From Thermoleophilia bacterium (GTDB taxonomy: Bacteria; Actinomycetota; Thermoleophilia; UBA2241), in NCBI GenBank assembly GCA_040769125.1, contig JAXGLO010000001.1, positions 1,259,053-1,323,052 of the forward strand: a DNA stretch of 64,000 nucleotides. The letters run 5' to 3'. A model generated the notes under the pieces. The model ran no database searches. It saw only the letters and a program-made list of their open reading frames with translations, and was not told the DNA's origin. Position numbers and translations under genes: made by a program. Shown in pieces: positions 30,503-40,438 of the stretch (position 1 is its first letter; each line of letters opens with the position of its first letter).

Positions 30503-31354
30503 GTGGTCTTTGAGGGTGGAATGACGTATCGACTCCTGAGCTTGGCGGAGCAACTCGACCAGGCCACCATCCGGCGCGTGTACACGCATACGTCCTGGGC
30601 GCCTCATCGCCGCGACTCGTACGAGCGGCTCGAGTTCCTCGGCGACAGCGTGCTCGGCCTGTGTGTCACGACTGAGCTCTACCGACGGTTCCCCTCCTTC
30701 GAAGAGGGGCATCTGGCGCGGCTGCGTGCCTACGTCGTGAGCCGCGCCACCTGCGCCAAGGTGGCCACCAGGCTCGGGCTCGGCAAGATGCTGCTACAGC
30801 ACGCGGCCGACAGGGCCGACTCCGCCGAGGTCGCCCGATTGCTGACCAACGACAATGTGCTCGCCGATCTCACCGAGGCTCTCGTGGGCGCCGTCTACAT
30901 CACCTTCGGCTTCGAGGCTACGCGTCCGGCCGTGATCGAGGTGTTCGAGGAACATATCGTCTACGCCGAGAGCAGCTACGTCGATCACAAGACCGAGCTG
31001 CAAGAGTATCTGGCGCGTGCGGGGCAGTGCGTCCACTACAAGGTGCTCGGGTACAGCGGACCGCCGCACAACCGCGAGTTCGAGATCGAGGCCGCGGTCG
31101 ACGGCGAGGTGCTGGGCTGCGGCGTCGGCACCAGCAAGAAGCGTGCGGAGCAGGAGGCCGCCGCCGAGGCGCTGTATGTTCTACGGGCGCGCGCACGGCG
31201 CTCGTCGCGTCGCGCACGCCTGCGTGGCCGGCGGTCGCGTCGTCCGGTCGCATCCGCCGAGTCGCCGAACGGCGATCCCCGCGCCCCTTCGACTGACGAG
31301 GTACCTGAGACGGCGAGCGGCGACGTCGTCGCAGCTGCGTCTGAGGACGGCTGA
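30503..31354 (+). CDS. rnc: Ribonuclease III with Arg-rich C-terminal extension
   Basis: 'ERLEFLGDSVLGL' catalytic signature and C-terminal dsRBD. The start may be ATG 30521. A ~55-aa tail is rich in R/S ('RRSSRRARLRGRRSRRPV'). Confidence 0.9.
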   Translation: MVFEGGMTYRLLSLAEQLDQATIRRVYTHTSWAPHRRDSYERLEFLGDSVLGLCVTTELYRRFPSFEEGHLARLRAYVVSRATCAKVATRLGLGKMLLQHAADRADSAEVARLLTNDNVLADLTEALVGAVYITFGFEATRPAVIEVFEEHIVYAESSYVDHKTELQEYLARAGQCVHYKVLGYSGPPHNREFEIEAAVDGEVLGCGVGTSKKRAEQEAAAEALYVLRARARRSSRRARLRGRRSRRPVASAESPNGDPRAPSTDEVPETASGDVVAAASEDG

Positions 31355-31356
31355 GC

Positions 31357-34300
31357 GTGCACCTCAAGCGGCTGCGTCTGAAGGGCTTCAAGTCCTTTCC
31401 ACGTCAGACCGAGCTGGTCTTCGAGCCGGGGGTGGCGGTTGTCATCGGTCCCAACGGGAGCGGCAAGAGCAACCTCGCCGACGCGGTGGTGTGGGCGCTG
31501 GGCGAACAGAGCCCGAGCAGCCTTCGCGGTTCCTCCATGCAGGACGTGATCTTCGCGGGCAGCGACAGACGGCGGGCCAGCGGCATCGCCGAGGTCGAGC
31601 TGACCTTCGATAACGCCGACGGCGCTCTGCCGCTGCCCACTCCCGAGGTGAGCGTGATGCGCAGCGTGTCGCGGGATGGAGGCTCCCGGTACTCCATCAA
31701 CCGTTCGTCCTGTCGCCTCACGGACGTCGTGGAGCTCATGGCGCAGGTGGGCCTCGGCAAGGAACTCCACTCGATCATCGGTCAGGGGAAGGTCGAGGGG
31801 TTTCTCGCCGGAAGCCCAGAGGATCGGCGCAGCCAGATCGAGGAGGCCGCCGGCCTGGGCACGTACAAGCGACGGCGCGAGCGCGCCGACCTCAAGCTGC
31901 GCGAGGTCCGGCGTAACCTCGAGCGCGCCGTTCTCGTCGAGCGTGAGGTCGCCTCTCAACTCACGCCGCTGCGGCGTCAGGCGAACGCCGCCGAGACGCT
32001 GCGCACCGTCGATAGCGCTGTCGCGGAGACTCGCGGCCGCTTGTTGAGCGGCGAGATCGCCGCGCTCGACGTCGAGCGGGCGCACTGGCGAGCGGAACTC
32101 GAGTCGGTATGCGCCGAACGGGCTGCCTGCGAACGCAGCCTCGCCGAGGTCGCCGAGGCACGTGCTCGCGAGGAGGAGGCCTTCGCGCTCCGCCTCGCGG
32201 AGCGCGAGCGCCGCGCCCAGCGACTGCTGCGCGTAAGAGAGCTGGCCGGCCGGCTCGAGGGCTGCTGCCGCCTCACCGAGCAGCGTCTCCGGCTGCTGGA
32301 CGAAGTGATGCGGGCTTCTTCGGCCGAGCGCCAGCGGCTCGTCGCCGATCTCACCGCGCGCCCGGAGTCAGCGGAGGAGGACGGCGCCAGGGCGAACGAT
32401 GAGCAGCGCCTCACGGCCGATCTTCAGGCCGCGGAGGACGCGCACGCCATCGCCGTCGCTCATCTCGCCGAGGCACGCGAAACCTTCGGTCTGCGGCGCT
32501 CGGCCGCCGCGCGTCTCGCCCTCGAGAAGGAAGCAGGGAGCGCAACGGCGGAGAGGCTGGAGCGACGTCGCCAGGCGCTGGCGGGGGAAGAGGAGCGGCT
32601 CGTCGCCCAGCACGCAAGGCTCGCTGCCGAAGCCGCTCAGAAGTCGTCCGCCGAGGAGGCTGCCGCCGCGGCCACCGTCTCCGCACGTGAGTCGCTGCGT
32701 GAGGCGATGCGCGTCGCAGAAGCGGCGGCCGCCGTGCTCGCCGAGACGGCGCACGCAGCCGAGACGCTGGCCGACGAGCACCGCGCTCATGTCAACGAGC
32801 GCCGGGCGCTGGAGGTGGAGGTCGAGCACGGGCACATGGTGCTGCGGGAACTGCAGGACGTGAGCGAGGACGTGCTACGCGTCGCGGAGTCGTACGACGG
32901 GGCCGTCTCCCTGGCGGCCGCCCTCGAGTGCGAGCCCGGTTACGAGCGTGCATTGGCCGCCGCTCTCGCTCAGGTCTCGGGCGCACTCGCGGTTCCGGCG
33001 AACGTCGATGCGTGGTCTCTGCTCAGAGCGCTCAAGACGGCCGGGGTGGGGTTGGCCCGTCTGATCGCGCCTGTGAGGCATCCGCGGCCGCGCATCGGCT
33101 TTCCGGGGGCGCTGGCCCTGCTCGACAAAGTGCTGGTGCAGGGGCGCCCTGAGCTCGAGAGCGCTCTCGCAGAGGTCGTCATCGTCGACGACCTGCGCTC
33201 GGTGCCGGAGGAGTTCGACGGCCTTGCGGTGACGCGGGAGGGGGAGTACTTCCGACCGAGCTCCGGGCAGGTCGGGCTGGCCAGCGGTGTTCCGGCTGCG
33301 CTCATGCTGGAGCGGCGAGCGTCCTTGGGGCGACTCGAAGAGCAGCTCGAGGTCTCGCGCTCTCGCGAGCTCCGCGCTGAGGCGGCGCTGGCGATCGCCC
33401 GCGGTCGCGAGGCTGAGGCGGCGGAGAGCTCGGCAGAGGCTGCGACAGCCGAGCGCGCCGCTCGCGCCACTGCGGAGTCGGTGGAGCGCGAGCTGAGCAC
33501 CGTTCGCACGAGGCTGCGGGATATCTCACAGGTGGTGGAGCGCGACAGCCGCGCCATCGAGCAGATCGCCGTCGAGCGCGCCGAGCTGGCCGCCCAGCTC
33601 ACCGCCGCAACTGATGCCGCAGACGGAGCAGCAGCGCAACTCGACGAACTGCGCGGGGAGCTGGACTCGGCGGCCGACGCGGTTGCCGCCGCGGAGAGCA
33701 TCCATGCCGAGACCCTGGCGGTGCGCATACGAGTTGCGGTAGAGCTGGACGAGCGGCGTGCGGCCGCCGAGCGCGCACGCGCGCGCAGAGACGAGGCACT
33801 TCAGCGGGCGGCGGCCTTGCGGGCTCGTCTGGAGGAGCTTGATGCGAGGCTCACGCGCCTGCCGGCAGTCGCGGAGATCTGCGCCTCAGTCGAGGCTCGT
33901 GCGTCCCGGTTGAGCCGGCGCCTGACGGAACTCATCGGCCGGCTCGAGGCCGCCGACGCGACCCACGATTCACTGGATCGTTCCGAGCTTGGCGCGCTCG
34001 CGGATCGCGAGGCCGGCCTGCGGCGTGCGTTTGAGGCTCAGGCGGAACGCGACACGGAAGCTCAGGTGGCGCTGGCACACCTCGACGATCGCCGCAGCGA
34101 GCACGTCGCAGCTCTCGACGAGGTGTCTGCCCTGCTGGAGCGGGCGAGCTTCGAGGCGCCCTCGAATGAGGCCGAAGCACGTGCTTTGCGCGAGCAGCTC
34201 GAGCGTCTCTTCCGGCGCCGCGAGCGCATCGGGCCGGTCAATCCGCTCGCTGAGGCCGAGTGCGCGGAGCTGAGCGAACGCGCTGCGTTCCTTCGCGAGC

Positions 34301-34869
34301 AGCGGCGTGACCTCGAGAAGTCCCTGGTCGACCTGCAGGGGCTCATCAATGACCTCACGGCGCAGATCGACGCGGAGTTCGCCGGGACCTTCGCGGCCGT
34401 TCAGGAGCAGTTCGGGCACATGGTATCGGTGCTGTTCCCCGGCGGGCGGGGCGCTCTCAGGCTGGTCGAGCCAGGCGAGGCCGGAGAGCCCGGCGGCGTG
34501 GAGATTGAGGTCAAGCCCGCCAAGAAGCTGGGCAAGAAGCTGCGGCTCCTGTCGGGCGGCGAACGGGCGCTGGTGGCCATCGCCTTCCTGATGGCGCTGG
34601 TGCTCGCGCGGCCGTGCCCCTTCTACATCCTCGACGAGATCGAGGCCGCCCTTGACGACGTCAATATCGGCCGTCTCGTACAGCTCTTCCGAGACTACCG
34701 GCAGCACACCCAGTTCATCATCGTGACGCATCAGAAGCGGACGATGGAGGCGGCCGACGTGCTGTACGGCGTGACGATGGGGCCGGACGGCGCCTCGCAG
34801 GTCGTCAGCGCGCGCATGGCCGCGGAGGCTATCGCGCACGAGCAGGGAACTGACGGGAGCGCCGCATGA
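31357..34869 (+). CDS. smc: Chromosome partition protein SMC
   Basis: 1170 aa. N-terminal 'VIGPNGSGKSNL' Walker A, long coiled coils with central hinge, C-terminal 'LSGGE' signature and 'FYILDEIEAALD' Walker B. Confidence 0.95.
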   Translation: MHLKRLRLKGFKSFPRQTELVFEPGVAVVIGPNGSGKSNLADAVVWALGEQSPSSLRGSSMQDVIFAGSDRRRASGIAEVELTFDNADGALPLPTPEVSVMRSVSRDGGSRYSINRSSCRLTDVVELMAQVGLGKELHSIIGQGKVEGFLAGSPEDRRSQIEEAAGLGTYKRRRERADLKLREVRRNLERAVLVEREVASQLTPLRRQANAAETLRTVDSAVAETRGRLLSGEIAALDVERAHWRAELESVCAERAACERSLAEVAEARAREEEAFALRLAERERRAQRLLRVRELAGRLEGCCRLTEQRLRLLDEVMRASSAERQRLVADLTARPESAEEDGARANDEQRLTADLQAAEDAHAIAVAHLAEARETFGLRRSAAARLALEKEAGSATAERLERRRQALAGEEERLVAQHARLAAEAAQKSSAEEAAAAATVSARESLREAMRVAEAAAAVLAETAHAAETLADEHRAHVNERRALEVEVEHGHMVLRELQDVSEDVLRVAESYDGAVSLAAALECEPGYERALAAALAQVSGALAVPANVDAWSLLRALKTAGVGLARLIAPVRHPRPRIGFPGALALLDKVLVQGRPELESALAEVVIVDDLRSVPEEFDGLAVTREGEYFRPSSGQVGLASGVPAALMLERRASLGRLEEQLEVSRSRELRAEAALAIARGREAEAAESSAEAATAERAARATAESVERELSTVRTRLRDISQVVERDSRAIEQIAVERAELAAQLTAATDAADGAAAQLDELRGELDSAADAVAAAESIHAETLAVRIRVAVELDERRAAAERARARRDEALQRAAALRARLEELDARLTRLPAVAEICASVEARASRLSRRLTELIGRLEAADATHDSLDRSELGALADREAGLRRAFEAQAERDTEAQVALAHLDDRRSEHVAALDEVSALLERASFEAPSNEAEARALREQLERLFRRRERIGPVNPLAEAECAELSERAAFLREQRRDLEKSLVDLQGLINDLTAQIDAEFAGTFAAVQEQFGHMVSVLFPGGRGALRLVEPGEAGEPGGVEIEVKPAKKLGKKLRLLSGGERALVAIAFLMALVLARPCPFYILDEIEAALDDVNIGRLVQLFRDYRQHTQFIIVTHQKRTMEAADVLYGVTMGPDGASQVVSARMAAEAIAHEQGTDGSAA

Positions 34870-34908
34870 CGCAGCGCTCCGGGCCGCTTTCGGGAGGAGG
34901 CGCCGCAC

Positions 34909-35916
34909 ATGGAGTGGCATGAGGTATTCAAGGGGATTGCGGAGGACGCCGCCCCTGCCGTCCTGATCGAAGAAGAGCAGCGCGAGCGCGCCGGTCTGTT
35001 CGGCCGTCTGCGGCGCAATCTCGGCAAGGCCCGAGCGGCCGTGGTCGATCAGCTCAAGGCAGTCGTCTACACGGGCGTCGATGCCGACCTCTTCGAGATG
35101 GTGGAGGAGGTTCTTCTCGCCGCCGATGTGGGTGTGGACGCGACCATGAAGATCGTCGATGAGACCGAGAGGCGTTGCACGGCCAAACGTATCGTGGAGC
35201 GTGAGCCGTTCATGGACGAGCTCGCCGGCACGATCGCAGATCTCCTGCGGCCCACAGATCCCGAGCGACAGCGGATCGACGTCAGCGCGCATCCCAGCGT
35301 GGTCCTCGTGGTCGGCGTCAACGGCACGGGGAAGACGACCACCATCGGCAAGATCGCCTGGCGGCTCAAGGAGCTGGGCCGGACGCCCATGATGGTTGCG
35401 GGCGACACCTTCCGCGCCGCCGCCGGCCAGCAGCTCAGTGAATGGGCCGTGCGCTGCGACTGCGACATCATCCGGCAGGCCGAGGGGAGCGACCCTGCTG
35501 CTGTGGTGTACGACGGTGTCAGCGCCGCACGCTCGCGCGGCGCCGACGTCGTGCTGGTCGACACGGCCGGCCGCCTGCACACGCAGATCAACCTGATGCG
35601 CGAACTCGAGAAGATACGCCGGGTCATCGAGAAGCAGCTACCCGGCGCCCCACACGAGACCCTGCTCGTCCTGGACGCGACGACCGGGCAGAACGGTCTG
35701 CGCCAGGCCCAGGAGTTCCAGCAGGCGGTCGACGTCAGCGGCGTGGTGCTCACGAAGCTCGACGGCACCGCCAAAGGCGGCATCGTGGTGGCCGTTCACG
35801 AGAGCCTCGGCATCCCCATCAAGCTGATCGGCGTCGGCGAGAGGCTCGAGGACCTTCGACCCTTCGAGGCGGATGTCTTCGCACGGGCGATCTTCGGCGG
35901 CGACGGAGATGCATAG
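34909..35916 (+). CDS. ftsY: Signal recognition particle receptor FtsY
   Basis: NG domain: 'VVGVNGTGKTTTIGK', 'DTAGR', 'TKLDGTAKGG'. Confidence 0.9.
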   Translation: MEWHEVFKGIAEDAAPAVLIEEEQRERAGLFGRLRRNLGKARAAVVDQLKAVVYTGVDADLFEMVEEVLLAADVGVDATMKIVDETERRCTAKRIVEREPFMDELAGTIADLLRPTDPERQRIDVSAHPSVVLVVGVNGTGKTTTIGKIAWRLKELGRTPMMVAGDTFRAAAGQQLSEWAVRCDCDIIRQAEGSDPAAVVYDGVSAARSRGADVVLVDTAGRLHTQINLMRELEKIRRVIEKQLPGAPHETLLVLDATTGQNGLRQAQEFQQAVDVSGVVLTKLDGTAKGGIVVAVHESLGIPIKLIGVGERLEDLRPFEADVFARAIFGGDGDA

Positions 35917-35998
35917 CCGCAGCGAGAGGATCGCCGCACGTCGCGCTCACGGCGCGTGCTACCATTAGGCGTTCCTGAATCCGGTAGAGGGATCACCC

Positions 35999-37327
35999 AT
36001 GTTCGAAGCGCTCACCGATCGCCTCCAGAACGTCATGAAGAAGCTGCGGGGACGCGGCAAGCTCTCCGCCGCCGACGTCGATGCGGCCATGCGCGAGATC
36101 CGCCTGGCGCTCCTCGAGGCCGACGTCAACTTCAAGGTGGTGCGCCAGTTCATCGCGCACGTCAAAGAGCGCGCCCTCGGTGCGGAGGTGATGGAGAGCC
36201 TCACCCCCGCGCAGCAGGTCGTGAAGATCGTCAACGAAGAGCTGGTCGCGCTCATGGGCAGCTCGGACGCGAAGCTGTCTTTCAGCGGCCGGCCACCGAC
36301 CGTGATCCTCCTGGCCGGCCTCCAGGGATCCGGCAAGACCACGACGTGCGTCAAGCTCGCCCGGCATCTGCAGAAGGACGGCAAGTCGCCGGTACTCATC
36401 GCGGCCGACGTGTACCGGCCGGCGGCCATCGATCAGCTGCAGACGCTCGCCGACCGCATCAAGGCGCCCGTCTATGCACCGGGCGCCCACATCGATCCCG
36501 TGGTCATCGCCAGGGACGGCATCGAGTTCGCCGCCCGCCACGGCGACGTAGCCATCGTTGACACTGCCGGCCGGCTGCATGTCGACGCTGAGCTGATGGA
36601 CGAGCTGGTGCGCATCCGTGATGCGGTGAAGCCTCACAACGTGCTGCTCGTCGTGGACGCCATGACCGGCCAGGACGCGGTGAACGCCGCCGACGAGTTC
36701 CGCCAGCGCGTCGATCTCGACGGCGTCGTGCTCACCAAGCTCGACGGCGACGCGCGCGGCGGCGCTGCCCTCAGCGTGCGCGCGGTCACCGGCAGGCCGA
36801 TCATGTTCGCGAGCACCGGCGAGAAGCTCGACGACTTCAGCGTCTTCCACCCCGACCGCATGGCCGGAAGGATCCTCGGGATGGGGGATGTCCTGTCGCT
36901 CATCGAGAAGGCCGAAGAGACGGTGGACCGCGAGAAGGCCGCCGAGATGGAGGCGCGCCTGCGGCGCGCGGAGTTCACCTTCGACGACTTCCTCGAGCAG
37001 CTCAAGCAGCTCAGGAAGATGGGCTCGCTCTCTGGCATACTCAGCATGCTCCCGGGTGTGCCCGGCATGAAGCAGCTCAAGAACGTGCAGGTCGACGACC
37101 GCCAGGTCGACCGCGTCGAAGCCATGATCTTCTCGATGACGCGACAGGAGCGACGGCACCCCGATCTCATCGACGGCAGCCGGCGGCGAAGGATCGCGAA
37201 GGGCAGCGGAACCAGCGTTCAGGACGTCAACACGCTGCTGAAGCAGTACCGTGAGATGCAGAAGATGCTCAAGGCGCTCTCGAGCAGCAAGGGCAGGGGG
37301 TTTCGCCTGCCGGGCTTTGGCGGGTAG
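35999..37327 (+). CDS. ffh: Signal recognition particle protein Ffh
   Basis: N domain + G domain ('LAGLQGSGKTTTCVKLA', 'DTAGRLH', 'TKLDGDARGG') + Met-rich M domain ('GSLSGILSMLPGVPGM'). Confidence 0.95.
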   Translation: MFEALTDRLQNVMKKLRGRGKLSAADVDAAMREIRLALLEADVNFKVVRQFIAHVKERALGAEVMESLTPAQQVVKIVNEELVALMGSSDAKLSFSGRPPTVILLAGLQGSGKTTTCVKLARHLQKDGKSPVLIAADVYRPAAIDQLQTLADRIKAPVYAPGAHIDPVVIARDGIEFAARHGDVAIVDTAGRLHVDAELMDELVRIRDAVKPHNVLLVVDAMTGQDAVNAADEFRQRVDLDGVVLTKLDGDARGGAALSVRAVTGRPIMFASTGEKLDDFSVFHPDRMAGRILGMGDVLSLIEKAEETVDREKAAEMEARLRRAEFTFDDFLEQLKQLRKMGSLSGILSMLPGVPGMKQLKNVQVDDRQVDRVEAMIFSMTRQERRHPDLIDGSRRRRIAKGSGTSVQDVNTLLKQYREMQKMLKALSSSKGRGFRLPGFGG

Positions 37328-37338
37328 AATGTCGCGTC

Positions 37339-37367
37339 TTGCGACCGCTCGGGCGGTTGCGTACATT
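37339..37367 (+). promoter_or_regulatory. Sigma70-like promoter for the rpsP operon: TTGCGA -N17- TACATT
   Basis: Seen directly: -35 at 37339-37344, 17-nt spacer, -10 at 37362-37367, ~65 nt upstream of the rpsP start. GAGGGGG SD precedes the start. Confidence 0.4.
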
Positions 37368-37432
37368 GCACAGCGCTGCCGCCCTTCCCGGGCGCAGCTT
37401 CGGTTTAAGTACCCTGAGGGGGTGAGAAGCAG

Positions 37433-37678
37433 TTGGCAACACGCATGAGATTGACCCGCGTGGGCAGCACGAAGCGGCCGGTTTACCGCATCGTGATCGT
37501 GGATTCGCGAGCACATCGCGACGGTCGCGCCATCGAGACCATCGGTCAGTACAACCCGCGCACCGAGCCGTCCGTCATCGAGATCGACGCCGACAGGGCG
37601 AAGGATTGGCTCGCCAAGGGAGCGCAGCCGTCGCGCACCGTCAAAAAGTTGCTCGCCATCAAGGGCCTGAGCAAGTAG
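37433..37678 (+). CDS. rpsP: 30S ribosomal protein S16
   Basis: 'RLTRVGSTKRPVYRIVIVDSRAHRDGRAIETIGQYNP' matches the S16 consensus. Confidence 0.9.
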   Translation: MATRMRLTRVGSTKRPVYRIVIVDSRAHRDGRAIETIGQYNPRTEPSVIEIDADRAKDWLAKGAQPSRTVKKLLAIKGLSK

Positions 37679-37721
37679 TGCGACAGGTCACCGCGCGGAC
37701 GACGGAGGAAGCACGGGGACA

Positions 37722-37952
37722 GTGAAAGATCTGCTCGAGTATCTGGCCAAGTCGCTCGTCGATCATCCCGACGAAGTGCACGTCGAGCTCATTGAGAGCG
37801 GTGCCACCGTCGTGCTTGAGCTCTCGGTTGCCGATGACGATATCGGGAAGGTGATCGGCAGGCAGGGCCGTATCGCTCGCGCGATGCGCACCATCGTCAA
37901 GGCCTCTGCCGTGCGCGACGGCCGCCGGGTGATCGTGGAGATCATCGACTGA
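37722..37952 (+). CDS. KH-domain RNA-binding protein (YlqC/UPF0109)
   Basis: 76 aa, 'IGKVIGRQGRIARAMRTI' GXXG KH motif. Conserved between rpsP and rimM. Confidence 0.8.
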   Translation: MKDLLEYLAKSLVDHPDEVHVELIESGATVVLELSVADDDIGKVIGRQGRIARAMRTIVKASAVRDGRRVIVEIID

Positions 37953-37967
37953 GCCCTCACTGCGGCG

Positions 37968-38528
37968 ATGCTCGATGAACCTTCCAGTCGGCCCACGCTC
38001 TGGGCCTGCGGCGTCCTCGGCAAGGCTCACGGCCTGCGCGGGGAGCTGTATCTCAACCTCGCCGTCGGCGGGCTCGAGCATCTGCGGTTGGGATCGAGCT
38101 TCTTCCTGGCCGCGCACGACGCCGGGGAAGAGGGGAAGGCCGGCCGCCTGCTGCCGTGCAAGGTGGCACGGGCGGGAGGCACCGACCAGCGGCCGCTTGT
38201 CCTCCTCGACATCGCCCGGACGCGCGATGAAGCGCTCGCCCTCCAGGGTATGGAGCTGCTCGCCGCCGGGGAAGCGCTCGAAGCGCTGCCGCACCACCGG
38301 GTCGGCGACCTCATCGGCGCCCGTGTCGAGACGGCGGGGGGGCGGTACCTTGGAGACGTCGACGACGTCCTCGAGGCCCCGGCTCACGAGATCCTGTCGG
38401 TGCGCACACCCGCCGGCGCCACGCTCTTCCTGCCCCTCGTCGATGAGGTGCTTACGCTCGACGCAGACGCGCGGGTGATCCGGGTGCCCGAAGGCTTCGT
38501 CGACGAACCTCTTTCCGGGAAGGCCTGA
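37968..38528 (+). CDS. rimM: 16S rRNA processing protein RimM
   Basis: 'GVLGKAHGLRGELYL' N-terminal beta-barrel and PRC-barrel C-terminus. Position between the KH gene and trmD. Confidence 0.85.
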   Translation: MLDEPSSRPTLWACGVLGKAHGLRGELYLNLAVGGLEHLRLGSSFFLAAHDAGEEGKAGRLLPCKVARAGGTDQRPLVLLDIARTRDEALALQGMELLAAGEALEALPHHRVGDLIGARVETAGGRYLGDVDDVLEAPAHEILSVRTPAGATLFLPLVDEVLTLDADARVIRVPEGFVDEPLSGKA

Positions 38529-39199
38529 TGAGAGCCGACGTCTTCACGCTCTTCCCGAAGGCCTTCGACTGGTACATCTCCCAGGTGCACATCCAGAACG
38601 CGCTGCGTCTCGGCCACGAGATCCACCTCAGTAATTACCGTGACCACACGCCGTTGAGCCACCTGCAGGTCGACGACACCCCGTACGGGGGCGGGGCGGG
38701 GATGGTCATGCGCATTGACGTGGTCTGTGCCGCCCTTGAAGCGGTCTTCGCCGTCGATGCCTGCGCGGTCAAGGAGACGCGTCGCGTGGTCGAGCTCACC
38801 CCCAAGGGAGCACAGCTTGACGACGCTCTGGCGGAAGAGTTCGCCGGCCACGACCTCGTGCTTCTCTGCGGCCGCTACGAGGGCATCGACGAGCGGGTGA
38901 CCCATCTCGTCACAGATCGCGTCTCCATCGGGCCGTATGTGCTCGCCGGCGGTGAGATCGCCGCCATGGCCGTCCTGGACGCGGTGATGCGCAAGATCCC
39001 GGACGTCATCAGCAACCCCGAGAGCGTGCGCAGCGAATCCCACTCCACGGACCTCGGCGGAGCCACCGAGTATCCCCAGTACACGCGGCCGTCGGAGTAT
39101 CGCGGCTGGCGCGTACCCGACGTTCTTCTCGGCGGGCACCACGCTGAGATCGCGCGCTGGCGCGCCGAGCACCGGGGAGAGCACGTACAGCGGCGGTAG
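38528..39199 (+). CDS. trmD: tRNA (guanine37-N1)-methyltransferase
   Basis: 'MRADVFTLFPKAF', 'DDTPYGGGAGMVM', 'LCGRYEGIDERV' SPOUT-knot motifs. 1-nt overlap with the rimM stop. Confidence 0.95.
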   Translation: MRADVFTLFPKAFDWYISQVHIQNALRLGHEIHLSNYRDHTPLSHLQVDDTPYGGGAGMVMRIDVVCAALEAVFAVDACAVKETRRVVELTPKGAQLDDALAEEFAGHDLVLLCGRYEGIDERVTHLVTDRVSIGPYVLAGGEIAAMAVLDAVMRKIPDVISNPESVRSESHSTDLGGATEYPQYTRPSEYRGWRVPDVLLGGHHAEIARWRAEHRGEHVQRR

Positions 39200-39214
39200 C
39201 GCGCGCACCTCCAC

Positions 39215-39243
39215 TTTGCGACCCCTCGGGTAGTCTGCTAAAG
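39215..39243 (+). promoter_or_regulatory. Sigma70-like promoter for rplS: TTGCGA -N17- TAAAGT
   Basis: Seen directly: -35 39215-39220, 17-nt spacer, -10 39238-39243. Same -35 hexamer and spacing as the rpsP promoter. GAGAGGG SD before GTG 39279. Confidence 0.4.
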
Positions 39244-39278
39244 TACCGGCCGCATTTGACCAGAGAGAGGGATCGACC

Positions 39279-39620
39279 GTGATCATCGAGAACATCGAGC
39301 GCGAACAGCTTCGCGACAACATCCCGCAGTTCAAGGCCGGCGACACCGTCAAGGTGCATTTCAAGGTCATCGAAGGCACGCGCCATCGCATCCAGGTCTT
39401 CCAGGGCATCGTCATCAAGCGCCAGGGCCAGGGTGTGCGCGAGACCTTCACGGTCCGCAAGCAGTCGTTCGGCGTCGGTGTCGAGCGTGCGTTCCCCGTG
39501 CACTCACCCAAGATCGACAAGATCGAGGTGACGGCGATCGGCGACGTGCGCCGCGCCAAGCTCTACTACCTCCGCGGCAAGGTCGGCAAGAGGGCGTACG
39601 TCCGCGAGAAGCGGCGCTAG
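39279..39620 (+). CDS. rplS: 50S ribosomal protein L19
   Basis: '[32 protein letters not shown]' is the L19 consensus. Confidence 0.95.
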   Translation: MIIENIEREQLRDNIPQFKAGDTVKVHFKVIEGTRHRIQVFQGIVIKRQGQGVRETFTVRKQSFGVGVERAFPVHSPKIDKIEVTAIGDVRRAKLYYLRGKVGKRAYVREKRR

Positions 39621-39758
39621 CCCGTCACGCACGACCGCGGCGTCTAGGCCCGGCGAAGCACGGCGGCCATCTCGGGCACGGTGTTGTTCCCGCGGCTCTC
39701 AAGGCGGTCGCCTGGCTTCGCCCAGCCCTGACCGTCTTCCGACCCGCGCCCTATCCGC

Positions 39759-40418
39759 GTGAGGCCGCTCGGACAGCCGGTCCGCCGCCACCCTCTGATA
39801 AGCTCCCGCGGGGTACGAGAGGAGACGATGGACGACGAGACAGTGAGCGACACCGGCAGGCAGAGTGGTTCTCGCGGCCGCCTGGCGTTCGAGTACGTGC
39901 TGCTCGCCGTCGTGGCGATCGTCGTGGCGCTGGCGATTCAGGCTTTTCTGGTCAAGCCGTACCGCATTCCGTCGGGTTCCATGGAGGACACGTTGCTGAT
40001 CGGCGACCGCGTCCTCGTCGACCGCGTGTCGTGGCGCTTCTCCGATCCGGAGCGCGGCGATGTCGTGGTCTTCCACCCGCCATTCGCTGGCCCCGTCCTC
40101 ATCAAGCGCATCATCGCGCTGCCGGGAGAGGTGATCGCCGTGCGCGACGGCGAGGTGACCATCGATGGGCAGCCTCTGCGGGAGGACTACATCCGCCGCA
40201 TCGACGGGCAGCCGGAGCCCACCGACCCCTTCTCGAACGGCTTGGCGTGGTCCCTGCAGCAGCCCTATCGTGTTCCGGCAGGCTCCTATTACGTGATGGG
40301 AGACAATCGCACCGACAGCGGTGACAGCCGTGAGTTCGGCGCCATCGCCCGCAACCACTTCATCGGGCAGGCGTTCGCTCGCTACTGGCCACCCTCGCGC
40401 ATCGGTCAGCTTCGCTAG
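39759..40418 (+). CDS. lepB: Signal peptidase I
   Basis: TM anchor then 'PSGSMEDTL' (catalytic Ser), 'RGDVVVF', 'KRIIALPGE' (catalytic Lys), 'YYVMGDNRTDSGDSR'. The start may be ATG 39828. Confidence 0.85.
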   Translation: MRPLGQPVRRHPLISSRGVREETMDDETVSDTGRQSGSRGRLAFEYVLLAVVAIVVALAIQAFLVKPYRIPSGSMEDTLLIGDRVLVDRVSWRFSDPERGDVVVFHPPFAGPVLIKRIIALPGEVIAVRDGEVTIDGQPLREDYIRRIDGQPEPTDPFSNGLAWSLQQPYRVPAGSYYVMGDNRTDSGDSREFGAIARNHFIGQAFARYWPPSRIGQLR

Positions 40419-40438
40419 CGACAGCTGTCCACCGCGCC

